From positions 1 to 48,294 of the forward strand of contig JAUCBJ010000716.1 in the NCBI GenBank assembly GCA_032718475.1: a stretch of DNA of 48,294 nucleotides, written 5' to 3'. This document shows, one piece after another, positions 1-15,000 of this stretch. The stretch is from Nemertoderma westbladi. Lineage: Eukaryota > Animalia > Xenacoelomorpha. Under the pieces are notes generated by a model, which was not told the DNA's origin, ran no database searches, and worked only from the letters and a program-made list of their open reading frames with translations. Numbering within the stretch: the stretch's first letter is position 1; every line of letters begins with the position of its first letter. The position numbers were made by a program, and so were the translations under genes.

Positions 1-3000
1 GAATACAATATACAAGAGAATCTAGGAATTTATAGAAGGGGAGAAGAATACAATATACAAGAGAATCTAGGAATTTATAGAAGGGGAGAAGAATACAATA
101 TACAAGAGAATCTAGGAATTTATAGAAGGGGAGAAGAATACAATATACAAGAGAATCTAGGAATTTATAGAAGGGGAGAAGAATACAATATACAAGAGAA
201 TCTAGGAATTTATAGAAGGGGAGAAGAATACAATATACAAGAGAATCTAGGAATTTATAGAAGGGGAGAAGAATACAATATACAAGAGAATCTAGGAATT
301 TATAGAAGGGGAGAAGAATACAATATACAAGAGAATCTAGGAATTTATAGAAGGGGAGAAGAATACAATATACAAGAGAATCTAGGAATTTATAGAAGGG
401 GAGAAGAATACAATATACAAGAGAATCTAGGAATTTATAGAAGGGGAGAAGAATACAATATACAAGAGAATCTAGGAATTTATAGAAGGGGAGAAGAATA
501 CAATATACAAGAGAATCTAGGAATTTATAGAAGGGGAGAAGAATACAATATACAAGAGAATCTAGGAATTTATAGAAGGGGAGAAGAATACAATATACAA
601 GAGAATCTAGGAATTTATAGAAGGGGAGAAGAATACAATATACAAGAGAATCTAGGAATTTATAGAAGGGGAGAAGAATACAATATACAAGAGAATCTAG
701 GAATTTATAGAAGGGGAGAAGAATACAATATACAAGAGAATCTAGGAATTTATAGAAGGGGAGAAGAATACAATATACAAGAGAATCTAGGAATTTATAG
801 AAGGGGAGAAGAATACAATATACAAGAGAATCTAGGAATTTATAGAAGGGGAGAAGAATACAATATACAAGAGAATCTAGGAATTTATAGAAGGGGAGAA
901 GAATACAATATACAAGAGAATCTAGGAATTTATAGAAGGGGAGAAGAATACAATATACAAGAGAATCTAGGAATTTATAGAAGGGGAGAAGAATACAATA
1001 TACAAGAGAATCTAGGAATTTATAGAAGGGGAGAAGAATACAATATACAAGAGAATCTAGGAATTTATAGAAGGGGAGAAGAATACAATATACAAGAGAA
1101 TCTAGGAATTTATAGAAGGGGAGAAGAATACAATATACAAGAGAATCTAGGAATTTATAGAAGGGGAGAAGAATACAATATACAAGAGAATCTAGGAATT
1201 TATAGAAGGGGAGAAGAATACAATATACAAGAGAATCTAGGAATTTATAGAAGGGGAGAAGAATACAATATACAAGAGAATCTAGGAATTTATAGAAGGG
1301 GAGAAGAATACAATATACAAGAGAATCTAGGAATTTATAGAAGGGGAGAAGAATACAATATACAAGAGAATCTAGGAATTTATAGAAGGGGAGAAGAATA
1401 CAATATACAAGAGAATCTAGGAATTTATAGAAGGGGAGAAGAATACAATATACAAGAGAATCTAGGAATTTATAGAAGGGGAGAAGAATACAATATACAA
1501 GAGAATCTAGGAATTTATAGAAGGGGAGAAGAATACAATATACAAGAGAATCTAGGAATTTATAGAAGGGGAGAAGAATACAATATACAAGAGAATCTAG
1601 GAATTTATAGAAGGGGAGAAGAATACAATATACAAGAGAATCTAGGAATTTATAGAAGGGGAGAAGAATACAATATACAAGAGAATCTAGGAATTTATAG
1701 AAGGGGAGAAGAATACAATATACAAGAGAATCTAGGAATTTATAGAAGGGGAGAAGAATACAATATACAAGAGAATCTAGGAATTTATAGAAGGGGAGAA
1801 GAATACAATATACAAGAGAATCTAGGAATTTATAGAAGGGGAGAAGAATACAATATACAAGAGAATCTAGGAATTTATAGAAGGGGAGAAGAATACAATA
1901 TACAAGAGAATCTAGGAATTTATAGAAGGGGAGAAGAATACAATATACAAGAGAATCTAGGAATTTATAGAAGGGGAGAAGAATACAATATACAAGAGAA
2001 TCTAGGAATTTATAGAAGGGGAGAAGAATACAATATACAAGAGAATCTAGGAATTTATAGAAGGGGAGAAGAATACAATATACAAGAGAATCTAGGAATT
2101 TATAGAAGGGGAGAAGAATACAATATACAAGAGAATCTAGGAATTTATAGAAGGGGAGAAGAATACAATATACAAGAGAATCTAGGAATTTATAGAAGGG
2201 GAGAAGAATACAATATACAAGAGAATCTAGGAATTTATAGAAGGGGAGAAGAATACAATATACAAGAGAATCTAGGAATTTATAGAAGGGGAGAAGAATA
2301 CAATATACAAGAGAATCTAGGAATTTATAGAAGGGGAGAAGAATACAATATACAAGAGAATCTAGGAATTTATAGAAGGGGAGAAGAATACAATATACAA
2401 GAGAATCTAGGAATTTATAGAAGGGGAGAAGAATACAATATACAAGAGAATCTAGGAATTTATAGAAGGGGAGAAGAATACAATATACAAGAGAATCTAG
2501 GAATTTATAGAAGGGGAGAAGAATACAATATACAAGAGAATCTAGGAATTTATAGAAGGGGAGAAGAATACAATATACAAGAGAATCTAGGAATTTATAG
2601 AAGGGGAGAAGAATACAATATACAAGAGAATCTAGGAATTTATAGAAGGGGAGAAGAATACAATATACAAGAGAATCTAGGAATTTATAGAAGGGGAGAA
2701 GAATACAATATACAAGAGAATCTAGGAATTTATAGAAGGGGAGAAGAATACAATATACAAGAGAATCTAGGAATTTATAGAAGGGGAGAAGAATACAATA
2801 TACAAGAGAATCTAGGAATTTATAGAAGGGGAGAAGAATACAATATACAAGAGAATCTAGGAATTTATAGAAGGGGAGAAGAATACAATATACAAGAGAA
2901 TCTAGGAATTTATAGAAGGGGAGAAGAATACAATATACAAGAGAATCTAGGAATTTATAGAAGGGGAGAAGAATACAATATACAAGAGAATCTAGGAATT

Positions 3001-6000
3001 TATAGAAGGGGAGAAGAATACAATATACAAGAGAATCTAGGAATTTATAGAAGGGGAGAAGAATACAATATACAAGAGAATCTAGGAATTTATAGAAGGG
3101 GAGAAGAATACAATATACAAGAGAATCTAGGAATTTATAGAAGGGGAGAAGAATACAATATACAAGAGAATCTAGGAATTTATAGAAGGGGAGAAGAATA
3201 CAATATACAAGAGAATCTAGGAATTTATAGAAGGGGAGAAGAATACAATATACAAGAGAATCTAGGAATTTATAGAAGGGGAGAAGAATACAATATACAA
3301 GAGAATCTAGGAATTTATAGAAGGGGAGAAGAATACAATATACAAGAGAATCTAGGAATTTATAGAAGGGGAGAAGAATACAATATACAAGAGAATCTAG
3401 GAATTTATAGAAGGGGAGAAGAATACAATATACAAGAGAATCTAGGAATTTATAGAAGGGGAGAAGAATACAATATACAAGAGAATCTAGGAATTTATAG
3501 AAGGGGAGAAGAATACAATATACAAGAGAATCTAGGAATTTATAGAAGGGGAGAAGAATACAATATACAAGAGAATCTAGGAATTTATAGAAGGGGAGAA
3601 GAATACAATATACAAGAGAATCTAGGAATTTATAGAAGGGGAGAAGAATACAATATACAAGAGAATCTAGGAATTTATAGAAGGGGAGAAGAATACAATA
3701 TACAAGAGAATCTAGGAATTTATAGAAGGGGAGAAGAATACAATATACAAGAGAATCTAGGAATTTATAGAAGGGGAGAAGAATACAATATACAAGATAA
3801 TCTAGGAATTTATAGAAGGGGAGAAGAATACAATATACAAGAGAATCTAGGAATTTATAGAAGGGGAGAAGAATACAATATACAAGAGAATCTAGGAATT
3901 TATAGAAGGGGAGAAGAATACAATATACAAGAGAATCTAGGAATTTATAGAAGGGGAGAAGAATACAATATACAAGATAATCTAGGAATTTATAGAAGGG
4001 GAGAAGAATACAATATACAAGAGAATCTAGGAATTTATAGAAGGGGAGAAGAATACAATATACAAGAGAATCTAGGAATTTATAGAAGGGGAGAAGAATA
4101 CAATATACAAGAGAATCTAGGAATTTATAGAAGGGGAGAAGAATACAATATACAAGAGAATCTAGGAATTTATAGAAGGGGAGAAGAATACAATATACAA
4201 GAGAATCTAGGAATTTATAGAAGGGGAGAAGAATACAATATACAAGAGAATCTAGGAATTTATAGAAGGGGAGAAGAATACAATATACAAGATAATCTAG
4301 GAATTTATAGAAGGGGAGAAGAATACAATATACAAGATAATCTAGGAATTTATAGAAGGGGAGAAGAATACAATATACAAGAGAATCTAGGAATTTATAG
4401 AAGGGGAGAAGAATACAATATACAAGAGAATCTAGGAATTTATAGAAGGGGAGAAGAATACAATATACAAGAGAATCTAGGAATTTATAGAAGGGGAGAA
4501 GAATACAATATACAAGATAATCTAGGAATTTATAGAAGGGGAGAAGAATACAATATACAAGATAATCTAGGAATTTATAGAAGGGGAGAAGAATACAATA
4601 TACAAGATAATCTAGGAATTTATAGAAGGGGAGAAGAATACAATATACAAGATAATCTAGGAATTTATAGAAGGGGAGAAGAATACAATATACAAGAGAA
4701 TCTAGGAATTTATAGAAGGGGAGAAGAATACAATATACAAGAGAATCTAGGAATTTATAGAAGGGAAGAAGAATACAATATACAAGATAATCTAGGAATT
4801 TATAGAAGGGGAGAAGAATACAATATACAAGAGAATCTAGGAATTTATAGAAGGGGAGAAGAATACAATATACAAGATAATCTAGGAATTTATAGAAGGG
4901 GAGAAGAATACAATATACAAGATAATCTAGGAATTTATAGAAGGGGAGAAGAATACAATATACAAGAGAATCTAGGAATTTATAGAAGGGGAGAAGAATA
5001 CAATATACAAGAGAATCTAGGAATTTATAGAAGGGGAGAAGAATACAATATACAAGAGAATCTAGGAATTTATAGAAGGGGAGAAGAATACAATATACAA
5101 GATAATCTAGGAATTTATAGAAGGGGAGAAGAATACAATATACAAGAGAATCTAGGAATTTATAGAAGGGGAGAAGAATACAATATACAAGAGAATCTAG
5201 GAATTTATAGAAGGGGAGAAGAATACAATATACAAGAGAATCTAGGAATTTATAGAAGGGGAGAAGAATACAATATACAAGATAATCTAGGAATTTATAG
5301 AAGGGGAGAAGAATACAATATACAAGATAATCTAGGAATTTATAGAAGGGGAGAAGAATACAATATACAAGAGAATCTAGGAATTTATAGAAGGGGAGAA
5401 GAATACAATATACAAGAGAATCTAGGAATTTATAGAAGGGGAGAAGAATACAATATACAAGATAATCTAGGAATTTATAGAAGGGGAGAAGAATACAATA
5501 TACAAGATAATCTAGGAATTTATAGAAGGGGAGAAGAATACAATATACAAGAGAATCTAGGAATTTATAGAAGGGGAGAAGAATACAATATACAAGAGAA
5601 TCTAGGAATTTATAGAAGGGGAGAAGAATACAATATACAAGATAATCTAGGAATTTATAGAAGGGGAGAAGAATACAATATACAAGATAATCTAGGAATT
5701 TATAGAAGGGGAGAAGAATACAATATACAAGAGAATCTAGGAATTTATAGAAGGGGAGAAGAATACAATATACAAGAGAATCTAGGAATTTATAGAAGGG
5801 AAGAATAATACAATATACAAGATAATCTAGGAATTTATAAAAGGGGAGAAGAATACAATATACAAGAGAATCTAGGAATTTATAGAAGGGAAGAATAATA
5901 CAATATACAAGAGAATCTAGGAATTTATAGAAGGGGAGAAGAATACAATATACAAGAGAATCTAGGAATTTATAGAAGGGGAGAAGAATACAATATACAA

Positions 6001-9000
6001 GAGAATCTAGGAATTTATAGAAGGGAAGAAGAATACAATATACAAGATAATCTAGGAATTTATAGAAGGGGAGAAGAATACAATATACAAGAGAATCTAG
6101 GAATTTATAGAAGGGAAGAATAATACAATATACAAGAGAATCTAGGAATTTATAGAAGGGGAGAAGAATACAATATACAAGATAATCTAGGAATTTATAA
6201 AAGGGGAGAAGAATACAATATACAAGAGAATCTAGGAATTTATAGAAGGGAAGAATAATACAATATACAAGAGAATCTAGGAATTTATAGAAGGGGAGAA
6301 GAATACAATATACAAGAGAATCTAGGAATTTATAGAAGGGGAGAAGAATACAATATACAAGAGAATCTAGGAATTTATAGAAGGGGAGAAGAATACAATA
6401 TACAAGAGAATCTAGGAATTTATAGAAGGGGAGAAGAATACAATATACAAGATAATCTAGGAATTTATAGAAGGGAAGAATAATACAATATACAAGAGAA
6501 TCTAGGAATTTATAGAAGGGGAGAAGAATACAATATACAAGAGAATCTAGGAATTTATAGAAGGGGAGAAGAATACAATATACAAGAGAATCTAGGAATT
6601 TATAGAAGGGGAGAAGAATACAATATACAAGATAATCTAGGAATTTATAGAAGGGGAGAAGAATACAATATACAAGAGAATCTAGGAATTTATAGAAGGG
6701 GAGAAGAATACAATATACAAGAGAATCTAGGAATTTATAGAAGGGAAGAAGAATACAATATACAAGATAATCTAGGAATTTATAGAAGGGGAGAAGAATA
6801 CAATATACAAGATAATCTAGGAATTTATAGAAGGGGAGAAGAATACAATATACAAGATAATCTAGGAATTTATAGAAGGGGAGAAGAATACAATATACAA
6901 GAGAATCTAGGAATTTATAGAAGGGGAGAAGAATACAATATACAAGAGAATCTAGGAATTTATAGAAGGGAAGAAGAATACAATATACAAGATAATCTAG
7001 GAATTTATAAAAGGGGAGAAGAATACAATATACAAGAGAATCTAGGAATTTATAGAAGGGAAGAATAATACAATATACAAGAGAATGTAGGAATTTATAG
7101 AAGGGGAGAAGAATACAATATACAAGAGAATCTAGGAATTTATAGAAGGGAAGAAGAATACAATATACAAGAGAATCTAGGAATTTATAGAAGGGAAGAA
7201 GAATACAATATACAAGATAATCTAGGAATTTATAAAAGGGGAGAAGAATACAATATACAAGAGAATCTAGGAATTTATAGAAGGGAAGAATAATACAATA
7301 TACAAGAGAATGTAGGAATTTATAGAAGGGGAGAAGAATACAATATACAAGAGAATCTAGGAATTTATAGAAGGGGAGAAGAATACAATATACAAGAGAA
7401 TCTAGGAATTTATAGAAGGGGAGAAGAATACAATATACAAGAGAATCTAGGAATTTATAGAAGGGGAGAAGAATACAATATACAAGAGAATCTAGGAATT
7501 TATAGAAGGGGAGAAGAATACAATATACAAGAGAATCTAGGAATTTATAGAAGGGGAGAAGAATACAATATACAAGAGAATCTAGGAATTTATAGAAGGG
7601 GAGAAGAATACAATATACAAGAGAATCTAGGAATTTATAGAAGGGGAGAAGAATACAATATACAAGAGAATCTAGGAATTTATAGAAGGGGAGAAGAATA
7701 CAATATACAAGAGAATCTAGGAATTTATAGAAGGGGAGAAGAATACAATATACAAGAGAATCTAGGAATTTATAGAAGGGGAGAAGAATACAATATACAA
7801 GAGAATCTAGGAATTTATAGAAGGGGAGAAGAATACAATATACAAGAGAATCTAGGAATTTATAGAAGGGGAGAAGAATACAATATACAAGAGAATCTAG
7901 GAATTTATAGAAGGGAAGAATAATACAATATACAAGAGAATCTAGGAATTTATAGAAGGGGAGAAGAATACAATATACAAGAGAATCTAGGAATTTATAG
8001 AAGGGGAGAAGAATACAATATACAAGAGAATCTAGGAATTTATAGAAGGGGAGAAGAATACAATATACAAGAGAATCTAGGAATTTATAGAAGGGGAGAA
8101 GAATACAATATACAAGAGAATCTAGGAATTTATAGAAGGGAAGAAGAATACAATATACAAGAGAATCTAGGAATTTATAGAAGGGGAGAAGAATACAATA
8201 TACAAGAGAATCTAGGAATTTATAGAAGGGGAGAAGAATACAATATACAAGAGAATCTAGGAATTTATAGAAGGGGAGAAGAATACAATATACAAGAGAA
8301 TCTAGGAATTTATAGAAGGGGAGAAGAATACAATATACAAGAGAATCTAGGAATTTATAGAAGGGGAGAAGAATACAATATACAAGAGAATCTAGGAATT
8401 TATAGAAGGGGAGAAGAATACAATATACAAGAGAATCTAGGAATTTATAGAAGGGGAGAAGAATACAATATACAAGAGAATCTAGGAATTTATAGAAGGG
8501 GAGAAGAATACAATATACAAGAGAATCTAGGAATTTATAGAAGGGGAGAAGAATACAATATACAAGAGAATCTAGGAATTTATAGAAGGGGAGAAGAATA
8601 CAATATACAAGAGAATCTAGGAATTTATAGAAGGGGAGAAGAATACAATATACAAGAGAATCTAGGAATTTATAGAAGGGGAGAAGAATACAATATACAA
8701 GAGAATCTAGGAATTTATAGAAGGGGAGAAGAATACAATATACAAGAGAATCTAGGAATTTATAGAAGGGGAGAAGAATACAATATACAAGAGAATCTAG
8801 GAATTTATAGAAGGGGAGAAGAATACAATATACAAGAGAATCTAGGAATTTATAGAAGGGGAGAAGAATACAATATACAAGAGAATCTAGGAATTTATAG
8901 AAGGGGAGAAGAATACAATATACAAGAGAATCTAGGAATTTATAGAAGGGGAGAAGAATACAATATACAAGAGAATCTAGGAATTTATAGAAGGGGAGAA

Positions 9001-12000
9001 GAATACAATATACAAGAGAATCTAGGAATTTATAGAAGGGGAGAAGAATACAATATACAAGAGAATCTAGGAATTTATAGAAGGGAAGAATAATACAATA
9101 TACAAGAGAATGTAGGAATTTATAGAAGGGGAGAAGAATACAATATACAAGAGAATCTAGGAATTTATAGAAGGGGAGAAGAATACAATATACAAGATAA
9201 TCTAGGAATTTATAGAAGGGGAGAAGAATACAATATACAAGAGAATCTAGGAATTTATAGAAGGGAAGAAGAATACAATATACAAGAGAATCTAGGAATT
9301 TATAGAAGGGGAGAAGAATACAATATACAAGAGAATCTAGGAATTTATAGAAGGGGAGAAGAATACAATATACAAGATAATCTAGGAATTTATAGAAGGG
9401 GAGAAGAATACAATATACAAGAGAATCTAGGAATTTATAGAAGGGGAGAAGAATACAATATACAAGAGAATCTAGGAATTTATAGAAGGGGAGAAGAATA
9501 CAATATACAAGAGAATCTAGGAATTTATAGAAGGGGAGAAGAATACAATATACAAGATAATCTAGGAATTTATAGAAGGGGAGAAGAATACAATATACAA
9601 GAGAATCTAGGAATTTATAGAAGGGGAGAAGAATACAATATACAAGAGAATCTAGGAATTTATAGAAGGGGAGAAGAATACAATATACAAGAGAATCTAG
9701 GAATTTATAGAAGGGGAGAAGAATACAATATACAAGATAATCTAGGAATTTATAGAAGGGGAGAAGAATACAATATACAAGAGAATCTAGGAATTTATAG
9801 AAGGGGAGAAGAATACAATATACAAGAGAATCTAGGAATTTATAGAAGGGGAGAAGAATACAATATACAAGAGAATCTAGGAATTTATAGAAGGGGAGAA
9901 GAATACAATATACAAGAGAATCTAGGAATTTATAGAAGGGGAGAAGAATACAATATACAAGAGAATCTAGGAATTTATAGAAGGGGAGAAGAATACAATA
10001 TACAAGAGAATCTAGGAATTTATAGAAGGGGAGAAGAATACAATATACAAGAGAATCTAGGAATTTATAGAAGGGGAGAAGAATACAATATACAAGAGAA
10101 TCTAGGAATTTATAGAAGGGGAGAAGAATACAATATACAAGAGAATCTAGGAATTTATAGAAGGGGAGAAGAATACAATATACAAGAGAATCTAGGAATT
10201 TATAGAAGGGGAGAAGAATACAATATACAAGAGAATCTAGGAATTTATAGAAGGGGAGAAGAATACAATATACAAGAGAATCTAGGAATTTATAGAAGGG
10301 GAGAAGAATACAATATACAAGAGAATCTAGGAATTTATAGAAGGGGAGAAGAATACAATATACAAGAGAATCTAGGAATTTATAGAAGGGGAGAAGAATA
10401 CAATATACAAGAGAATCTAGGAATTTATAGAAGGGGAGAAGAATACAATATACAAGAGAATCTAGGAATTTATAGAAGGGGAGAAGAATACAATATACAA
10501 GAGAATCTAGGAATTTATAGAAGGGGAGAAGAATACAATATACAAGAGAATCTAGGAATTTATAGAAGGGGAGAAGAATACAATATACAAGAGAATCTAG
10601 GAATTTATAGAAGGGGAGAAGAATACAATATACAAGAGAATCTAGGAATTTATAGAAGGGGAGAAGAATACAATATACAAGAGAATCTAGGAATTTATAG
10701 AAGGGGAGAAGAATACAATATACAAGAGAATCTAGGAATTTATAGAAGGGGAGAAGAATACAATATACAAGAGAATCTAGGAATTTATAGAAGGGGAGAA
10801 GAATACAATATACAAGAGAATCTAGGAATTTATAGAAGGGGAGAAGAATACAATATACAAGAGAATCTAGGAATTTATAGAAGGGGAGAAGAATACAATA
10901 TACAAGAGAATCTAGGAATTTATAGAAGGGGAGAAGAATACAATATACAAGAGAATCTAGGAATTTATAGAAGGGGAGAAGAATACAATATACAAGAGAA
11001 TCTAGGAATTTATAGAAGGGGAGAAGAATACAATATACAAGAGAATCTAGGAATTTATAGAAGGGGAGAAGAATACAATATACAAGAGAATCTAGGAATT
11101 TATAGAAGGGGAGAAGAATACAATATACAAGAGAATCTAGGAATTTATAGAAGGGGAGAAGAATACAATATACAAGAGAATCTAGGAATTTATAGAAGGG
11201 GAGAAGAATACAATATACAAGAGAATCTAGGAATTTATAGAAGGGGAGAAGAATACAATATACAAGAGAATCTAGGAATTTATAGAAGGGGAGAAGAATA
11301 CAATATACAAGAGAATCTAGGAATTTATAGAAGGGGAGAAGAATACAATATACAAGAGAATCTAGGAATTTATAGAAGGGGAGAAGAATACAATATACAA
11401 GAGAATCTAGGAATTTATAGAAGGGGAGAAGAATACAATATACAAGAGAATCTAGGAATTTATAGAAGGGGAGAAGAATACAATATACAAGAGAATCTAG
11501 GAATTTATAGAAGGGGAGAAGAATACAATATACAAGAGAATCTAGGAATTTATAGAAGGGGAGAAGAATACAATATACAAGAGAATCTAGGAATTTATAG
11601 AAGGGGAGAAGAATACAATATACAAGAGAATCTAGGAATTTATAGAAGGGGAGAAGAATACAATATACAAGAGAATCTAGGAATTTATAGAAGGGGAGAA
11701 GAATACAATATACAAGAGAATCTAGGAATTTATAGAAGGGGAGAAGAATACAATATACAAGAGAATCTAGGAATTTATAGAAGGGGAGAAGAATACAATA
11801 TACAAGAGAATCTAGGAATTTATAGAAGGGGAGAAGAATACAATATACAAGAGAATCTAGGAATTTATAGAAGGGGAGAAGAATACAATATACAAGAGAA
11901 TCTAGGAATTTATAGAAGGGGAGAAGAATACAATATACAAGAGAATCTAGGAATTTATAGAAGGGGAGAAGAATACAATATACAAGATAATCTAGGAATT

Positions 12001-15000
12001 TATAGAAGGGGAGAAGAATACAATATACAAGAGAATCTAGGAATTTATAGAAGGGGAGAAGAATACAATATACAAGAGAATCTAGGAATTTATAGAAGGG
12101 GAGAAGAATACAATATACAAGAGAATCTAGGAATTTATAGAAGGGGAGAAGAATACAATATACAAGAGAATCTAGGAATTTATAGAAGGGGAGAAGAATA
12201 CAATATACAAGAGAATCTAGGAATTTATAGAAGGGGAGAAGAATACAATATACAAGAGAATCTAGGAATTTATAGAAGGGGAGAAGAATACAATATACAA
12301 GATAATCTAGGAATTTATAGAAGGGGAGAAGAATACAATATACAAGAGAATCTAGGAATTTATAGAAGGGGAGAAGAATACAATATACAAGAGAATCTAG
12401 GAATTTATAGAAGGGGAGAAGAATACAATATACAAGAGAATCTAGGAATTTATAGAAGGGGAGAAGAATACAATATACAAGAGAATCTAGGAATTTATAG
12501 AAGGGGAGAAGAATACAATATACAAGATAATCTAGGAATTTATAGAAGGGGAGAAGAATACAATATACAAGAGAATCTAGGAATTTATAGAAGGGGAGAA
12601 GAATACAATATACAAGAGAATCTAGGAATTTATAGAAGGGGAGAAGAATACAATATACAAGATAATCTAGGAATTTATAGAAGGGGAGAAGAATACAATA
12701 TACAAGAGAATCTAGGAATTTATAGAAGGGGAGAAGAATACAATATACAAGAGAATCTAGGAATTTATAGAAGGGGAGAAGAATACAATATACAAGAGAA
12801 TCTAGGAATTTATAGAAGGGAAGAATAATACAATATACAAGAGAATCTAGGAATTTATAGAAGGGGAGAAGAATACAATATACAAGAGAATCTAGGAATT
12901 TATAGAAGGGGAGAAGAATACAATATACAAGAGAATCTAGGAATTTATAGAAGGGGAGAAGAATACAATATACAAGAGAATCTAGGAATTTATAGAAGGG
13001 GAGAAGAATACAATATACAAGAGAATCTAGGAATTTATAGAAGGGAAGAAGAATACAATATACAAGAGAATCTAGGAATTTATAGAAGGGGAGAAGAATA
13101 CAATATACAAGAGAATCTAGGAATTTATAGAAGGGGAGAAGAATACAATATACAAGAGAATCTAGGAATTTATAGAAGGGGAGAAGAATACAATATACAA
13201 GAGAATCTAGGAATTTATAGAAGGGGAGAAGAATACAATATACAAGAGAATCTAGGAATTTATAGAAGGGGAGAAGAATACAATATACAAGAGAATCTAG
13301 GAATTTATAGAAGGGGAGAAGAATACAATATACAAGAGAATCTAGGAATTTATAGAAGGGGAGAAGAATACAATATACAAGAGAATCTAGGAATTTATAG
13401 AAGGGGAGAAGAATACAATATACAAGAGAATCTAGGAATTTATAGAAGGGGAGAAGAATACAATATACAAGAGAATCTAGGAATTTATAGAAGGGGAGAA
13501 GAATACAATATACAAGAGAATCTAGGAATTTATAGAAGGGGAGAAGAATACAATATACAAGAGAATCTAGGAATTTATAGAAGGGGAGAAGAATACAATA
13601 TACAAGAGAATCTAGGAATTTATAGAAGGGGAGAAGAATACAATATACAAGAGAATCTAGGAATTTATAGAAGGGGAGAAGAATACAATATACAAGAGAA
13701 TCTAGGAATTTATAGAAGGGGAGAAGAATACAATATACAAGAGAATCTAGGAATTTATAGAAGGGGAGAAGAATACAATATACAAGAGAATCTAGGAATT
13801 TATAGAAGGGGAGAAGAATACAATATACAAGAGAATCTAGGAATTTATAGAAGGGGAGAAGAATACAATATACAAGAGAATCTAGGAATTTATAGAAGGG
13901 AAGAAGAATACAATATACAAGATAATCTAGGAATTTATAGAAGGGGAGAAGAATACAATATACAAGAGAATCTAGGAATTTATAGAAGGGGAGAAGAATA
14001 CAATATACAAGAGAATCTAGGAATTTATAGAAGGGGAGAAGAATACAATATACAAGAGAATCTAGGAATTTATAGAAGGGGAGAAGAATACAATATACAA
14101 GAGAATCTAGGAATTTATAGAAGGGGAGAAGAATACAATATACAAGAGAATCTAGGAATTTATAGAAGGGGAGAAGAATACAATATACAAGAGAATCTAG
14201 GAATTTATAGAAGGGGAGAAGAATACAATATACAAGAGAATCTAGGAATTTATAGAAGGGGAGAAGAATACAATATACAAGAGAATCTAGGAATTTATAG
14301 AAGGGGAGAAGAATACAATATACAAGAGAATCTAGGAATTTATAGAAGGGGAGAAGAATACAATATACAAGAGAATCTAGGAATTTATAGAAGGGGAGAA
14401 GAATACAATATACAAGAGAATCTAGGAATTTATAGAAGGGGAGAAGAATACAATATACAAGAGAATCTAGGAATTTATAGAAGGGGAGAAGAATACAATA
14501 TACAAGAGAATCTAGGAATTTATAGAAGGGGAGAAGAATACAATATACAAGAGAATCTAGGAATTTATAGAAGGGGAGAAGAATACAATATACAAGAGAA
14601 TCTAGGAATTTATAGAAGGGGAGAAGAATACAATATACAAGAGAATCTAGGAATTTATAGAAGGGGAGAAGAATACAATATACAAGAGAATCTAGGAATT
14701 TATAGAAGGGGAGAAGAATACAATATACAAGAGAATCTAGGAATTTATAGAAGGGGAGAAGAATACAATATACAAGAGAATCTAGGAATTTATAGAAGGG
14801 GAGAAGAATACAATATACAAGAGAATCTAGGAATTTATAGAAGGGGAGAAGAATACAATATACAAGAGAATCTAGGAATTTATAGAAGGGGAGAAGAATA
14901 CAATATACAAGAGAATCTAGGAATTTATAGAAGGGGAGAAGAATACAATATACAAGAGAATCTAGGAATTTATAGAAGGGGAGAAGAATACAATATACAA

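Noticed and set aside
34-48. LTR-retrotransposon polypurine tract, or heat-shock/STAT-BCL6 sites in the monomer
   Set aside because: There is no adjacent TG...CA LTR or pol remnant, GAA spacing does not fit nGAAnnTTCn, and TTCCTAGAT is only a partial match.
1-5808. Plus-strand frame (EYNIQENLGIYRRGE)n as a CDS
   Set aside because: It has no in-frame ATG, is broken by the recurrent GAA>TAA variant (first at 5806), and most variants are non-synonymous in this frame.
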